Below are positions 63,201 to 64,000 of a stretch of DNA of 64,000 bases, in pieces. The notes below the pieces were generated by a model, which made no database searches, had not been told where the DNA came from, and worked only from the letters and a program-made list of their open reading frames with translations. A program made the position numbers and the translations under genes. Location: positions 4,962,001 through 5,026,000 of the forward strand of contig NC_045697.1 in NCBI RefSeq assembly GCF_009834535.1, read 5' to 3'. Position 1 is the stretch's first letter; every line of letters begins with the position of its first letter. This stretch comes from Camelus ferus. Taxonomy: Eukaryota.

Positions 63201-64000
63201 TTAGGCACCTCCATGGAAGGAGGGCCCATGGCCGGTCAGCGGACAGCAAAAGGACTAGCACAGCCAGTCAGTCCCTTTTTATCCCCCTCTTCTCTGACCT
63301 GATGCACTGGAGAAGTGAGAGACTTCAAAGAGCGAGGAACTGGCGGTGAGCATCTCCACACTCACATGCCACGGGGAGAGACAGGACAGAATGGAGAGGG
63401 CATACAAGCCCCTCCCCACCTAAGCATCCGGAGCCATACCTGGACAGCGACTGAGGCGGGGAAGCCTCTGGACCTTAAATGAGATGAGAGTTTTAAACTG
63501 GACTGTATTGGACTTTTGATTCCCAAAGTTTCCTAGAATGTGATGGGATCTACCCCAAACGGGATCTGCTATGCAACAGAGAAAGATCACTCATCACGGC
63601 ACAAATGGGCAAAGATTACAGAAAATGGAAATAATTTGATTTAAACAGCCCAACAAGCAGAAGTAACACAATAAACTAGTCATGCTCACATTTCCCTCCT
63701 AAAAGTTGACTTGTCCTTGGCCAAGTGTAGCATCCCCACAGTTGGTTCAAGTGTGACGTGACTAGGCCGAAGGAGCTTCCATGCTGGTGCAGGGGAGCTG
63801 CCAGCCCTGCAGCCCGCTGCTCTGTCCCTGGATGCAGTCCTCTCGCCAGCATCCTGTTCAGCGGTCCTCCAGCCTCCACTGAAAGGGGGTCCATGAAAGG
63901 CAACTACTCAGGGCCTGGCTAGGCTGTTAGCCACAGGTTGGACAGCTCTACATGCTTCTTCACGTGATGGACACCAGCCTCCCCATCACATCCACCCCTC

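Larger units (their letters stand above)
1..64000 (-). other. STK32B: Internal portion of STK32B (two coding exons plus intron sequence); neighbouring exons appear to lie outside the window
   Basis: Two minus-strand exons with canonical AG/GT sites join in frame into kinase subdomains VIb-VIII matching STK32B. I did not find the upstream (YSFQDEEDMF...IIHR) or downstream (APEVFQ...DWWSLG) exons by eye. Confidence 0.85.

Noticed and set aside
1..64000. CRISPR arrays, operons or a novel multi-gene system
   Set aside because: Mammalian intronic DNA; no repeat-spacer array or additional credible genes seen

Overview
Mammalian genomic DNA, most likely a camelid: three tRNA-derived SINEs match the Camelidae Vic-1 type, and no Alu, Bov-A/Bov-tA or PRE-1 elements were seen. 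The window appears to lie inside the minus-strand kinase gene STK32B (YANK2). Two coding exons are visible: a 38-nt exon at 32410-32447 ((R)DIKPDNILLDEH(G), absent from the ORF track) and a 90-nt exon at 19900-19989 ([30 protein letters not shown]). The rest is intron, dominated by L1 fragments of several ages, MIR/L2, MaLR/ERVL/ERV1 LTRs, DNA-transposon relics and simple repeats. Nearly all listed ORFs are spurious or repeat-derived. I see no convincing novel gene system. The most interesting items are a clean MER41-like solo LTR with an altered STAT site, a 34-bp insertion with a perfect 16-bp TSD, a permuted tail-less L1 piece, nested transposon stacks, and splice features of the two exons. 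Repeat subfamily names come from recalled consensus sequences, and most repeat boundaries are approximate.
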